From: Octopus sinensis | Taxonomy: Eukaryota | DNA length: 64,000 bases | Reading direction: 5' to 3' | Assembly (NCBI RefSeq): GCF_006345805.1 | Contig: NW_021832440.1 | Coordinates: 124,001-188,000 of the forward strand | Part shown: positions 1 to 12,127 of the stretch, one piece after another | Position numbering within the stretch: the first letter of the stretch is position 1 | How the letters are laid out: the number at the start of each line of letters is the position of its first letter | Notes under the pieces: model-generated | Told to the model about the DNA's origin: nothing | Database searches by the model: none | Seen by the model: only the letters and a program-made list of their open reading frames with translations | Translations under genes and position numbers: made by a program

Positions 1-1119
1 CCAAGTCGCAAGATTTGTCTAACTACTACGAAAATAATCAAAAAAATGTGCGATATTCTTGGCACAATCAAACACGTCAAGAATTGGTTGATCCGACCAG
101 TAGTGGAGATAAAAATTAGTTTAGAGACCATCTTTTTAAATAACCAAGTTGATCGACAAAGAACTACCGACCCTGTTCCACGAGTTGTAAGTGTTTTCCG
201 TGCCGATTAAACTTATTTTAGGATATATCTGATAAACTACTGTCTTTACATCAAAAATCCAACTATCCATTTGTTCTCAGGTAGTTGGAATTAATATGAT
301 TAACTTAGGTTAAAACCCATTTATTTCTGAAACCTTATGGTACTATTACGGAAATAAAATTAATAAATTTAACCTCACGATCAATGAATAATCATTTTCT
401 TAATTTCTTTGAAAGACTGATAATTTAAATTAATAGCTGAGGATGGACAATATAGTATATAAAGTGTAGTAAAGTGCTGAGTAAAAATCAACTTTTCGAT
501 TCTGTGAGAATAAGTCACAGGCTTTTTTATTTACTAGGTTAATAAAAATATGATGTTTATAAAAGTTTTTGATAAAATTGTTTGTAATTCCCGACTTTGC
601 TAATATGGTAGGGACCAGCTCAAACTATAGATAACGAATATGTACGACTGGTCGTTCCCACAAGTTTAGCGAAACGGTTTAAATAGTCCAAGACAGATAA
701 GTCTTTATGGGAGTAGATCCTTCAGATCAAAAGTGGGTTATAAAAAAACGATAATTTTCAAAGAAAAGTTGGGGAAGTTGATCCGAAGCTCTCAGTTTTC
801 TGACTCGTCGATTTAAAAAGGACAATGGAGGAGGTTGGTGATCCCTGAAGATACAATGGCCTTTGAAGACGTGGTAATAAATACGAAACAAATTAATCAA
901 TTTTCAAGAGATTTCTCATTTAATCGGGAAGAGTTGAAATCATATGACGCCTATATAAGGTTTAAATGATTTGGAAGACTATCAAAATTGATCAAAATAT
1001 TTTAGTAGAATTCTTACGCTTTCAGAATATTTTCAATTATAGGAATAATAAGTTATATATTAATAATTAACTTATATTAATAAATTTAATAAATTAAATA
1101 TTGTGTTCTAGTGCTACTG

Positions 1120-1501
1120 ATGGTTAGGCATGTTTTGTTAAGAATTCACAAAAATTATATAGCTAATATAATTTAGTCTCATACTTTATTCATGTATCAA
1201 GTCACGTCGGATTCGAGTTCGAAGATGTACGTGGACTACGAAACAGAGACGGAATGCGTAAAGGCCCTGTGCAACATATTCGAGGAAAACCTGAGGAAAC
1301 AAACCCCGAATACAGACTCAATTACATACGACATTCAAGACTTGTTTGAATTCATGGATAATTTCTACGACATGGGCTGTCTAGTGTTGATTGTGTGTTT
1401 ATATTCGTAGTCTCAACGACGAGACATGCTCTTACTACCCAAAGGACAGACGGACTCTCAAGGAGTGGATATATAACTACCTTAAATCCAGGCAGGAATA
1501 A
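1120..1501 (+). CDS. ERH: Enhancer of rudimentary homolog (3 exons: 1120-1122, 1177-1385, 1411-1501)
   Basis: Spliced product MSHTLFMYQ...YVDYETETECVKALCNIFEENLRKQTPNTDSITYDIQDLFEFMDNFYDMGCLVLNDETCSYYPKDRRTLKEWIYNYLKSRQE matches the ERH family; GT-AG introns of 54 and 25 nt restore the frame. Confidence 0.92.
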
Positions 1502-2357
1502 CTTTTCTCTTATGATTTTTTGTCTAATTTTTGCTTTTTACGTTATTTAGAACGAATTTTATTCTAATATTAAGGTGGAATAAAAAATTTTTAAAAATTC
1601 AACAATAAAAATGGAATATTTTCAGAACAAGCCTCGGCATAAAGTTGTTGATCACAAAGATTTTAAGATATTTTATTTGGTCTCAGTTCCTTTGGAAAGA
1701 TTGATTTTAGGTGGTCTTGAGATAAAAAAAAATCCATATATTGCAAGTTAAAAAAACTTAGTCAAAACAGACTTTCCAAAACATGAGAGAAAAAAGTTGC
1801 TAAGGTTTGTTGATATGGAAAACAAATGGAACAAACACAATTGCCACATTTAATTTGCTTTCGAAACGTAAAGTAAAATTTGCTCTTTGTAAAGTTACAT
1901 CAGCCGGGAATAAGAGATTCCGAGTGCACAGATGTTGAATTACTATCCTTCTTTCTTGTACGAAAGGTCCTTCAAGAATATAGAGAATCGATTTTCCCGC
2001 TGCCAGTAAGTGAAATAAGAAAAAATTCTTTGGCAACAGAAGCGGGTTCAACAAAATAGCTAAGTTGTTTGTAAGATGTCCACTTTCATGAATACCTTGA
2101 ATTGTCAAAAACGATTAAACGCGATGGGATCACAACTTTCTGGATCGCCTTAATGTGTGCATGTCAGTGAAAGAGAAGGGATCTCGCCAACTCTCCATAT
2201 ATGATCGCATTTTGAGGCTGAATTTCCCTATTGGTTATAATCTTTCCCTGGGCATTAAATAGTTCCTATCCTAGGAATATAAAAATTAAATGTTTCCGTA
2301 AGACACAAATTTAACATAAAAAGGAAAAATATTAATAGATAAGGATCGGGTTCAAAT

Positions 2358-3336
2358 TCATTTGAATACTCTCGGCCTTGGAAAAATGAAAGACTAAAAA
2401 TACTTGGCCACCTCCACATTGAGGACCATATAACCGTAGATTTTTCCATTCAGATTTTGAAGAACGGAGTTCATCATACTCTCGAGTTCAAACGTGACAT
2501 AAGCAAATCCCTTCCATATTCAATTTACAAATAACCCTCGATTTTTTGGTGGAAATATCCATAGGCATTTTTATTCGAATTATTTTAATTCCTTCCAAGG
2601 CAGTAATCAGGCTGACCAAATCCTCCTCGAGACAATCAGGAGGGAGGTTGCTGATTCGGAGGGAGTGCTCTAAAAATTCAGGCAGTTAGGACTACCTTTC
2701 GTGTTTCGTCGGAAATCGTCTCCACCAGCAGTTTCAGCTATTCCCAGTAACTTTCGATGGGGGCAAGAAGAGGACGAGTGCTCCCCTGAACAGTGTGTGC
2801 AGACGAGGGCATTGATGACAATATTTCGGACGATTGATTTTTCCATCTGAGAGACCTCGGCCTGGCCAATTAAGATATGCAGCAACTGTTTTTTTAAAGT
2901 CCTGGCACACGTAATTGACTGGGTTTTCCATGCCAAGTTGACATATTGTTTCCGAAGTTCCAGATTTAACAGCACAATTGTCGTAGACCTTCCATTCCTA
3001 GAATTGTTGATTAAATTAACTACCCTTCTTCGGATCACACTGGGAGGCACCTTCATTGTATTTATTCTGAACACTCGGGTGATCTATGTTTGTCTTTAAT
3101 GGTAAAAACAACTTTTTTATTTTCCCCATTTGAGAGTTGTACGATTCTTGTTATCGACATTAACTTTTTCTCTTCGTCGTATGATTTTTCTGGAATGGCA
3201 AGTTCGAGTTCTATAAAAGGAGTAGTTCAATGCACGGAAAAAAACCTGAACATTGATCAGAATCCTAAAAATAGTTTAATAATTCGATTACACTTTCGTC
3301 GAAATTCTCATAAGTAGTGGGTGGAACTGTCGACAT
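2358..3336 (-). CDS. EIF3G: Translation initiation factor 3 subunit G (multi-exon)
   Basis: Minus-strand exons give ITRVFRINTMKVPPSVIRRREWK, a zinc knuckle VCTHCSGEHSSSSCPHRK, and a C-terminal RRM SLRISNLPPDCLEEDLVSL...KGFAYVTF...LNVEVAKPRVFK*, matching eIF3g domain order and motifs. Confidence 0.85.
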
Positions 3337-4089
3337 GAGCACACTTGTCAATTAATTTAAAATACAAAATTAATTTAATAAAAAATAGCAATATATTTTA
3401 ATTAATAATTTTTTTATTGTTGAGGGATAGTTGAGTTTCACCACATCAATTTAATCTTAAAATAAACTTGCATTCTTCATACTCAAAACCTCTTTTATTC
3501 ATCTTTAAAAAATTTTTTCCAATTTCCCCATTCTTTAATCATATTTTCCTTAATATAATTAATTCCGTTTGTGACAACATGCATAAACTCACCGGGCACT
3601 AAGTACCACAGTTTTTATTGAAGAAGGGAAGGAAGAGTATGGAGTGCCACTTTTTCTTTACTCCAAAGGCCTAGTACTTAGTTAGGGAGTTTAGTTTTCT
3701 TGTTAATAAAGGTTTGTATTCAAATAAGTTTTTCACTTTTCATTATTTACTTGAAACATTAAAAAAGTTCTAAAAAGGACGGGCATGTAATGGTTGGAAA
3801 GACAGTTTTAGAAATCTATGGTAGAACTTGTAACATGCCGGTTCTGGAAAATTTTCTAAAGTTAATTGAAATGGAGTTATTTTACATGTTTTTGACATAT
3901 TTCCAAATGTTTACACGGGGTAACTCGAATCTATTGTACAATAATCAACAACCGATCTCACCCCAGAGTTCAGACTAACAACATGACCGAAGCCACATTT
4001 CTTGACTGTCTTATCAGCCTACCTGGTGAAGAAAGACTAGGAATTCTGTGATTTCACAAGCAGGCTTCTGAAACTAGACTTGCACATCG

Positions 4090-4890
4090 GCTTCTTCCTC
4101 ATGAAAAGCAGTATGGACCACTGCCTAACTCTCAATCCCTTCTGAGTTGTCCAAATAGATGAAATGCTACGATATCTGGGCAGCACACTCTTTTTTATGC
4201 TACAACCTCTACTGGACCAGCAACGCCTGGCCTGGTTATTTTCCATAGCACAAAAACACAGTGGCTCCTGGTACGACGCCTTCTCGTCGGCATCTACGCA
4301 CTCGTTGTTAAATGACGAGACCCTCCGGATTGGAGTTGCTCTCCAGCTGTGTCTTGACATCTTCACGCCCCATTTATCTCGATGCGGAGGCACGGTGGAT
4401 GTAAAAGGTTTACACCCCCTCTCGTGCCGCCGGAGCGTATGCTGCTTACTTCGTCAAGAAGCACTCTACGACGTCATTCCGAGTGCATTTATTGTTCCCG
4501 AATGTACTTAAACGAGTTGGTCTGGAAAAGAGGAGACGGAAAACTTCCGGACGGGATGACAACCTTCCCATTCCGTTGTGGAAAATTCCTCATCTGGAAC
4601 GCAACGTGCACAGATACTTAGTCACCTTCTGTGATACTTTCATCTGCTTCTTCTCCAGTATCGGTCGCAACTTTGGCGGAGGCCAACAAAATTGAAAAGT
4701 TAAAAAACTCGTCGCCTAACATTCTATTGTCCCTCTGACACTCGAGACTTCGGGAGCCTTTGATCCCAAAACATCGAAATTCCTGAAATACGTCGGTCTT
4801 CTTATCGCTCAAAGGTAGATAAATACACGCAAATCCTCTTGGCTGAGACAGAAGATCTCGCTTACAATTGTATGCGGCAACGCGCAAGTT
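4090..4890 (+). mobile_element. Degenerate CRE-clade non-LTR retrotransposon 3' fragment
   Basis: QQRLAWL...HSGSWYDA...LLNDETLRIGVAL...GLHPLSC and [10 protein letters not shown] are homologous to the C-terminus of the 53964-56933 ORF; frameshifted. Boundaries approximate. Confidence 0.7.
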
Positions 4891-4929
4891 ACCCATGAAG
4901 CAAGGAAAAATTTCCGGAAGGACAATATG

Positions 4930-5394
4930 TGTTTTGAACTTAACTGAAGGCAGTTTTACAGAAACTTGACTGAGAAAAAGAAGAATAAACAGTTTATGTT
5001 TGACCAGAGTCAGAGTCTCTCATTCTGGGAGAGTGTTTGGGTAAAACATGAGTCCGTGGGGGACTCGATTTTATTGGATAACCGGGTGACTGGTGCCGAG
5101 GACACAATTGCTGATTTTGGAAAAGACACAATTATTGAGATCATTAACCAGCTGCCAAATTGGAGGGCCTGTGGATGCGATGGCATATACAATTTTTTCT
5201 TGAAAAAGTTTACTGCGTTCTACGATGACCTCTGTAAGAACGTCGCGGGTATCATATATGGAAAGTACACACCTGATAAGTGGTTCTACACAGGAATTAT
5301 TCATCTTATTCCAAAAAAAGAAATTTGTGACTCACCCAAGGACCTGAGGCCGATTACTTGCATTTCAAATCTATATAAACTTGTGACGGACTGA
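4930..5394 (+). mobile_element. R4/Dong-like RLE retrotransposon RT fragment
   Basis: NWRACGCDGIYNFFLKK...WFYTGIIHLIPKK...DLRPITCISNLYKLVT parallels WKTPGVDKVYNFFIK...TGVTYLIPK...YRPITCMPNLYK in the 51273-60800 element; truncated. Confidence 0.7.
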
Positions 5395-5683
5395 AGCATA
5401 CAATTTGATCAGCTACAATCAATTGGTGTCGTGATGCAATCGTTTATTTAAACTTCTTAATTATTATAGGCACTTTCGCGATGCCATGGATCATGAGAAA
5501 GCTTGTGCAGCACAGAAAACAATACGAGTAATTAGTTTATTCCATTTCCCGCGATCTTGGGCGACGTCCCGTAGTGCATCGAGATCGTCCCCCTCCTTCA
5601 ATTCTTTACCAGTCCTCTTTAGGTCTCTATCCAGAGTACCGACGTCTTTATTATTTCTTAATTATGAATATTAATTATCTTTT

Positions 5684-6730
5684 CTGAAAAAAGCTGCTGA
5701 ATCCGTCCTCAACGTCCAGCTCGATGCTCCGGGATGGGCCCAATGCTCGCTCCCACTGAGATTCGGAGGTGCGGGAATCCGTACTGCATCCGATTTGGCA
5801 CTTCTGGCATACCTATCCTCCCTTTCGATGTGCAACAACCTGACCTCGGAGATCCTACTCAAACCTTTCGGATCTTGCCTGGACGGTGCTTTTTCGGATG
5901 GGCTTGCTACCTGGGATCGCTCCTTTTCTGAGAGGCCTGGAGATTTCTTCTCCCAACGTGCCTGGGACACTATCGCATGCCGAGCGCGTGTGTCTGAGCT
6001 CTCGGCAACCCTTGATCAACACCGCCTGGCATGCCTTCGTGCGGCATCCGCCCCTCACTCTGGCAGCTGGCTGAATGCTCTTCCTCTTTCCAGTATCGGG
6101 ACGTGGCTGGACGATGCTGCCATACGCATCGGAGTCGCTCACCATCTCGGCCTGGATGTTTGCGCAAGTGGTGAGGACGTTGACGAAAAGGGACTGCACC
6201 CACTTTCCTGCAAGAGGAGCGCAGGCAGAGAACACAGACACAAGGCCCTCAATGAAATCGTAAAGGCCGGTCTCGAATCGGCGGGCATTCGTGCCTCCTC
6301 GAACCGGTCGGACTCGATCGGGGAGACGGCAAAAAGCCTGGCGGGATGACAATATTCCCGTACTTGTCGGGGAAGGCCCCTGTATGGGATGTTGCCGTTG
6401 TGGATACCTTTTCAAAGTCAGGATCCATTCTTCCGCCGTGAACCCTTGTTCGGCTGCAAACCACGCCGAAAAGATCAAAATACAAAAATATTCTTCGCTC
6501 GCGGACCGCTACCGCGCTACGCCAATTGCCCTGGAGACCGCTGGAGCCGCGGGAAAGGTGACTGACTCGTTCCTCAACGAGGTCGGGCAGTCCATTGGGA
6601 GAAGGCTCAAGGACCCGAGAGAGGGCTTCTGGTTCCGCCAGCGCATCGGTCTGGCCATTGTTCGCGGCAACGCACACTGCGTCCTTGCCGCAGGGACTTT
6701 TCAAAATCAATTTCTTTCATTTAATTCTAA
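5684..6730 (+). mobile_element. 5'-truncated CRE-clade copy, same family as the 53868-56980 element
   Basis: High nucleotide similarity to about 55900-56960; small deletions break the frame; ends ...AIVRGNAHCVLAAGT followed by an AT-rich tail. Confidence 0.9.
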
Positions 6731-6736
6731 TCAATT

Positions 6737-7088
6737 TTTTTTTTTTGAATATAAGAACTAAATAATTAATCATAATGTCGATTCAATCGGATTCCCATCA
6801 GTGCTGGAACCACCTGGATTGGACCGAGGAGATGGAAAACGCCCAGACGGGATGACTATCTTTCCGTTTTTGGAAGGAAAGCCTCTCGTATGGGATTCAA
6901 CATGTTCCGACTCCTTGTCCAAGACAAATATGTTGGAAAGTGCCTGCAATGCTGGCTGTAAAAAGCGCATATAATTAATTCGCGGCTGACGACATAATCG
7001 AATAGGCATTGCCGCGAACAACGGCCAAACCTATTTTTTGTCGAAGCCGAATTAATTATTTATGATTAATTATTTAGTTCTTATATTC
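6737..7088 (-). mobile_element. Short rearranged CRE-clade insertion with 13-bp TSD, poly(A) and inverted 3' UTR copy
   Basis: Direct repeat ATTCTAATCAATT at 6724-6736 and 7085-7097; poly(T) 6737-6746; 29-bp inverted repeat 6747-6775/7060-7088; minus-strand LRQKIGLAVVRGNAYSIMSSAAN* (7048-6971); plus-strand LEPPGLDRGDGKRPDGMTIFPF...LVWDSTC (6776-6970). Confidence 0.75.
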
Positions 7089-7328
7089 TAATCAATTATT
7101 TTACTTCCTAAATAAATTAATATCATCCCGATATGATATAACTTACTTCCTGAATAATTATGCCGGAAATTCGAAAGAACATTAACAATTAAATGGTTGC
7201 TAAAAAAACAATTCAATTGATTCCAAAAAAATTGATTCCAATAACTTAATAAGATCGATTATGTCTATTCTCACCGAATAAGTAGTTTATTGAGTTTATT
7301 AAATAAATTATAAAAATAAAGAAGTTAA

Positions 7329-8492
7329 TTAATCAAATTTAGAGTTTGTGAATGTCAATCCGTCAAAGGATATATCTTCAGGAACGTCAAACCCTCCAAA
7401 ATCTACTGTCAATATCCACAATCATACCAAAGTCGCTCTCGGCATCGCTCGTTTTTTGATCGACTGATACTTCCACTGGGGAAAGTTCCTTTAGGGCTTG
7501 ATCTTTTTCCAGTTGGACTTGCAATTCTTCTTTCCTTTCTTTTCGATATCGCATGTATGAGGGTCGAGGAACTGATTCGTTCGATTTCGTAAGAATGGAA
7601 TCCTTTTCCTCTATTTCGAATCGACTGTAGTTCAATTCAAGACTGTCTGTTTTCTCAATGGAAGAAACTTCTGGAGATGTATGTCGATTATAGTGCAATG
7701 AAGGAGAGTCCTGAGCTGGAATAGACTCTTCTGGTAGTTTCCGTCGATTATAGCGCAACGGAGAAGATTTTCTCTGGACGGGAATAGATTCTTCTGGGGT
7801 TTCCGTCGATTATAGTGCAACGGGGGAGATTTTCTTTGTGCGGGAATAGATTCTTCTGGGAGTTTCCGTCGATTATAGTGCAACGGGGGAGATTTTCTCT
7901 GTGCGGGAATAGATTCTTCTGGGAGTTTCCGTCGATTATAGTGCAACAGAGAAATTTTCTTTGTGCAGGAATAAATTCTTCTGGTGATTTTCGTTGATTA
8001 TATTCCAACAGAGAAGATTTTATTTGGATGGGAATAAATTCTTCTGGCGATTTTCGTCGATTATAGTGGACCCTGGAAAAGGGTTTTATCTGGACGGGAG
8101 TAGATTCTTCTGGTGATTTTCTTCGATTGTAGCGCAATTCAGGACAATCCTTAGTCTTGGGTAGAACACCTCTCCTGTCTTGGTTTGTTATATAACTTCG
8201 GTGCACATCTGAAGTACCCCATACACGACCAGAATAAGATCTATCTTCTCTTTGTGTAGTACTGCCTGTATCATTTCGATGGTCTGAGGGAGTCTTTTTA
8301 AATCCTTGGCCATTTAATTCAGCCTTGCGAATATCTTCTCTTATTTCCTAGAAACTAAGATATTGGTAAATATACGAGGTATTCTTCGTTGATTTGATCG
8401 TTTGACTTTTGAATGAGCTTTATACGTTCGTCTAATAGTCTTTCAAACTAATTATATATTATAAAATAGAATACATCAGAATCGTCAACCAT
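7329..8492 (-). CDS. Orphan protein with about 8 tandem ~21-aa repeats (LHYNRRKLPEESIPAQRKSPP); two apparent 1-nt frameshifts
   Basis: Three overlapping ORFs (8206-7748, 7946-7632, 7758-7387) carry the same peptide repeat; short GT-AG introns are plausible at both ends; start and stop are inferred. Confidence 0.5.
7683..8150. repeat. Coding minisatellite, 60-66 bp units (mostly 63)
   Basis: GTCGATTATAG-like anchors at 7683, 7743, 7805, 7868, 7931, 7993, 8056 and 8122. Confidence 0.9.
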
Positions 8493-8666
8493 AACAAATA
8501 AAGTGACAAACTTCTAAACCTGTTTTTTATTTTATATTAAAATATTTTAAATAAAATTAATAATATTATAACAATTAATATTTTTTAAATTATTTTTAAC
8601 AATTTTTACCTAATTATAATTTTTATACCTACAGAAAACTAAAATTGGATCACTTTAAATAATATT

Positions 8667-10185
8667 TAGGGCAATTTAAGTGCTAAATGCTATTTTTACT
8701 TTTTAATTTTTTTTAATATAAAATTGAATTTGGAATAATTATTTTTTAATTTTGTTAAAAAAAAACATACATTATAAATGCTATAAATGCTATTTGTAAT
8801 TTTAAATGCTAATTTTTTTTTAAATGCTAATTTAAATTGCATTTAAAATTTTTTTAATGCCACCCATATTAAATAAAATAATTTAACACGCTATATAGTA
8901 TTTTGAGTGATGCCAAAACCCAAGTGTTTGTTGCTTAAGAAAGCCAAGCGTATAGTCTCAGAATTCAAAGATGAGTTTTTACTTTTGATAAGTTTTCCTA
9001 TTGAGCTAACACGCGCGTTGTTGTTGTGGTGCACTTTTTCTATTCATTTGTTCATTTGCTATTTGTTATTCAATTCAATAATTCTCTCTCTTTTTCCATT
9101 TCTTTTGTCATCCATTTTTTCATTGTTTTTATCTGCTCTCTTTTTATGTCTTTCTGTTTCCACCCACTTCTGTTCTATGCTCTACTTGCGAAGTTAGTAA
9201 CAACCGCAAGAAAGGGAAAGTCTGTTCTAGTTGCGACAGATTCTTCCACCTTTCTTGCGTGCGTCTTTCTAGGCGCGTTTCTGCCTCTCTCTTAATTTGG
9301 GACTGTCCTTCCTGCCGCACTTGCCAGCCGGTTTAGTGTTCCAGCCCGCAAGAATTCCCCGAAAAAGTGCCATTCGCAACATCCCCGTCTGCCGAGGAAG
9401 TTCTCAAATCTATCAAGCTCTTCTGCCGTCTCCGGAAAATCCCATCCAGAATCCCAAAAGCTGCGCGTATCTTTGCAGCCTCCTCCTTGTTCACCGCAAT
9501 CGATAATGCTTTGGCATCTGATGGCCATTCCGATTGGCTTAAGCTGTTTTGCTTCGCCTCTTTCGGTCTCGGTTTTATTATTCCTTCCCTCTCGGCCATT
9601 GGCCTTTCTATAAACGACAACAAATCCGAAGTGGTGAACATCAATCTTAACCCAAATTCATTCACTGAAGACGTCGTAATTTGTTCAAGGATGTTGGATA
9701 CCCACCTGATATCGTAATTACTAGGTATTCTTTTTCTTAATTTATGCAGATGGGGAAGTTGGTTTAAAGCAGCGAAATATTATTTTACGAATTTTGAAAA
9801 AATTTGTGAAATTTTTAACGCATTTCAGTCAGATGGAGTTTTAGTATCAAATGCTAAACATCATGTAAATAATCCCGATATTAAGTTGAAATTAACGGAG
9901 ATAAAATTTAAATGTTATTTTATTATTTTGGCGCCTGGGGATCATATCGAACACAGAGAGAGGATGCGTAGTCTGATTGGGAATGTCGGGGTCACCTAAT
10001 TAATCTTGTTTTCTGGCCTGACGGTGCTCTTGGTTTTTAAATAAATAAATTTTTATTATTTTAAGTTATAGATTTTACAATTTTAAATGCTAGATTTGAT
10101 CATTTTAAGTGCTAATTTTTTAAATTATAAATGCTAGATTTAGCGCTAAAAATTTTTTTTTAAGTGCTAGAAAAAAATTGCCCTA
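8667..10185 (+). mobile_element. Internally deleted hAT element (TAGGGCAATTT TIRs, 8-bp TSD ATAATATT)
   Basis: TIRs begin at 8667 and end at 10185; TSD at 8659-8666 and 10186-10193. Transposase remnants MPKPKCLLLKKAKRIVSEF (8910) and RWGSWFKAAKYYFTNF (about 9748) are homologous to the 44302-46155 transposase. Confidence 0.85.
9008..9720 (+). mobile_element. 5' end of a CRE-clade element (PHD finger plus N-terminal region) embedded in the hAT
   Basis: CSTC-x11-CSSC-x4-H-x2-C-x13-WDCPSC at 9178-9315 and RIPKAARIFAASSL...WLKLFCFA align to the 53964 ORF; shares the 5' GCGTTGTTGTTG motif. Confidence 0.8.
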
Positions 10186-10249
10186 ATAATATTACATAAA
10201 CAATCTACGCAGACGACCGGACCTTATATCCGTAGACACGGGGCACCTA

Positions 10250-10640
10250 AACATAATTTTACGTGAAACCAAACAAATTTTGGCTGCCGTCGCCTTCAAA
10301 AGATTGATGAATATCCACAAAAAACAAATAAATCTATAACTTCGACAATGGCTATAATGCATACGTGCTACCAGTGCTTTTATACAACGCCGGTACATGT
10401 GGATCTACCAAAAATCATTTATGTCGATGGTTTCTTTTCATAGAAATAGGTTAAGAAGAATCGTTGGCATATATTGGCCACACAGAGTATCCAATGAAAG
10501 TCTGTAAAAGATTTGGAGTTTGGGACCTAAAAGCAGTGATATGCTGAAAAGCCGGTGGAGCCTCTTGGGATAAATGCTAAATAACGAAAAAAGAGACCTT
10601 CCTAAATGGAAGATGAGAATTAGCAAGCTTCTTGGTCTCA
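10250..10640 (+). mobile_element. RTE-like LINE 3' coding fragment, degenerate
   Basis: YNAYVLPVLLYNAGT...FHRNRLRRIVGIYWPHRVSNESL is the typical post-RT region of RTE elements. Confidence 0.55.
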
Positions 10641-10661
10641 AAAACACAGGAAGTCTCGACG

Positions 10662-10851
10662 ACAATTGCCAAAAGCAAAATCAATCGCGTAAATCCTCAT
10701 ATTTCGTCAGTTTTGTAGAATCGGCTTTCTCGGCCGACGAACCGGGTCGACAAGCCGTGGAATTCAAGGCTCTCTTGGCAAAAGAGTCGGCACAGGTGAC
10801 GTCCCATACAAGCTGCTTTCCGGATTCAAAAGCGAAAACCGTACAGCCGTA
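10662..10851 (-). mobile_element. CRE-clade RLE fragment
   Basis: GCTVFAFESGKQLVWDVTCADSFAKRALNSTACRPGSSAEKADSTKLTKY; a near-identical sub-fragment recurs at 15073-15152. Confidence 0.75.
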
Positions 10852-10929
10852 AAATCTGAATTTACATTTGAAAACGGATAATGACGTAAATAAAATGAAA
10901 GAATACTCTGACAATTATTTTTTAGTATT

Positions 10930-11520
10930 AAGAGATCAATTATCCGAAAAGTTTGTGCTGAATTTGTGGCCTGTGCTCAAAGTCAGCCATTAAAAGCACA
11001 TATTCCCTTAATAAACATTAAAGCAAAAGCTCCAAGATAACGTTACCAGATGGATATAGTAGATTTCAGTCGCTGGTCTGAAGAAAATTATGGTCTCAAA
11101 TATATTTTTAACGTAATCGATATTTATTCCAAATTTTGCTTTGCCCAAACTTCTAATTCGAAGGAAGCATTTCTAATTTCTTTTATCTTAAAAGATTTAT
11201 TTTATAATTTTGGGCCTCCTCAATATTACAATCAGACAACGATAAAGAATTTAAAAATGAAATAGTTACTTCATTATGCTGAGAATTAAACATTTTACAC
11301 AAATTTATCATCCAAGGCACCCTCTATCACAGGGTCAAATTGAAAGGTCTAACCAAACATTAACGCGTTGGTTACAAAAAAGACTTTGTAAAAGAAAATC
11401 ACGAATGGTCGACGAGTCTTGATTCAGTTAGTCATAACTACAATATAAGTATTCATTCAGCAACAAAAAACTCACCGTTTATCTTATTTCACTGTACTAA
11501 AGGGTTTATACATTTATGCC
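10930..11520 (+). pseudogene. Degenerate DDE integrase core (Ginger/KRBA2-SCAND3-like)
   Basis: RYQMDIVDF...KYIFNVIDIYSKFCFA...LFYNFGPP...HPLSQGQIERSNQTL...YNISIHSATKNSPF, with stops and frameshifts; no LTRs or TIRs seen. Confidence 0.65.
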
Positions 11521-12127
11521 GAATGAAAGTGACTTTAAATTTAATAATGTTTAGATATTGATGAAGATAAGGAAGAAGAAATATAGAACTTGAACTACGA
11601 AGATGACTGAAATTAAATCAAGTGAAGGTATATAGAAAATGTTTATTTTAGATGTTGAAATTAACAATGAAAAATATTATCAAAGAATGAAAAAGAAAAG
11701 AAATTTAAACAATAAAGTAGAAATTAGAGATTCGGTCTTAATAGCGAATGACTTTAATAGCGATCAAAAATATTAAAAATGAAATAAATTTATGTTATGA
11801 AGGTTTTTATTTAATTTGGACACAATATGAGTAAATTAAATAAAGGAAATCGCAAAGTAAATACAATGACGAAAAACGCTTTTCAATACAAAAATAATCT
11901 TTTCATGACCTTTTTGGCATCTTTATTAAAACAAATAGCTTGGACGATTATGGAATAACCTTTTAAGATTCAAAAATAGTTGTTGTTTCGCAATTTCATT
12001 ATAATATTTTTTACTGTAAGTTATTTGTCCGGTTCAACTTATTTCAAAATACTGCTCTATTTGGTATTCAGAAACTTTAACATTTACACGTTATAAATAA
12101 ATTATTTTATCTATATTTTGAATATAT

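Noticed and set aside
1800-2300. 102-aa minus-strand ORF between ERH and EIF3G
   Set aside because: Non-ATG start, no recognisable motif, and no consistent exon chain found.
8907-9295. Hydrophobic membrane-protein-like ORFs
   Set aside because: They are read-through of the hAT transposase start into the T-rich CRE 5' UTR.
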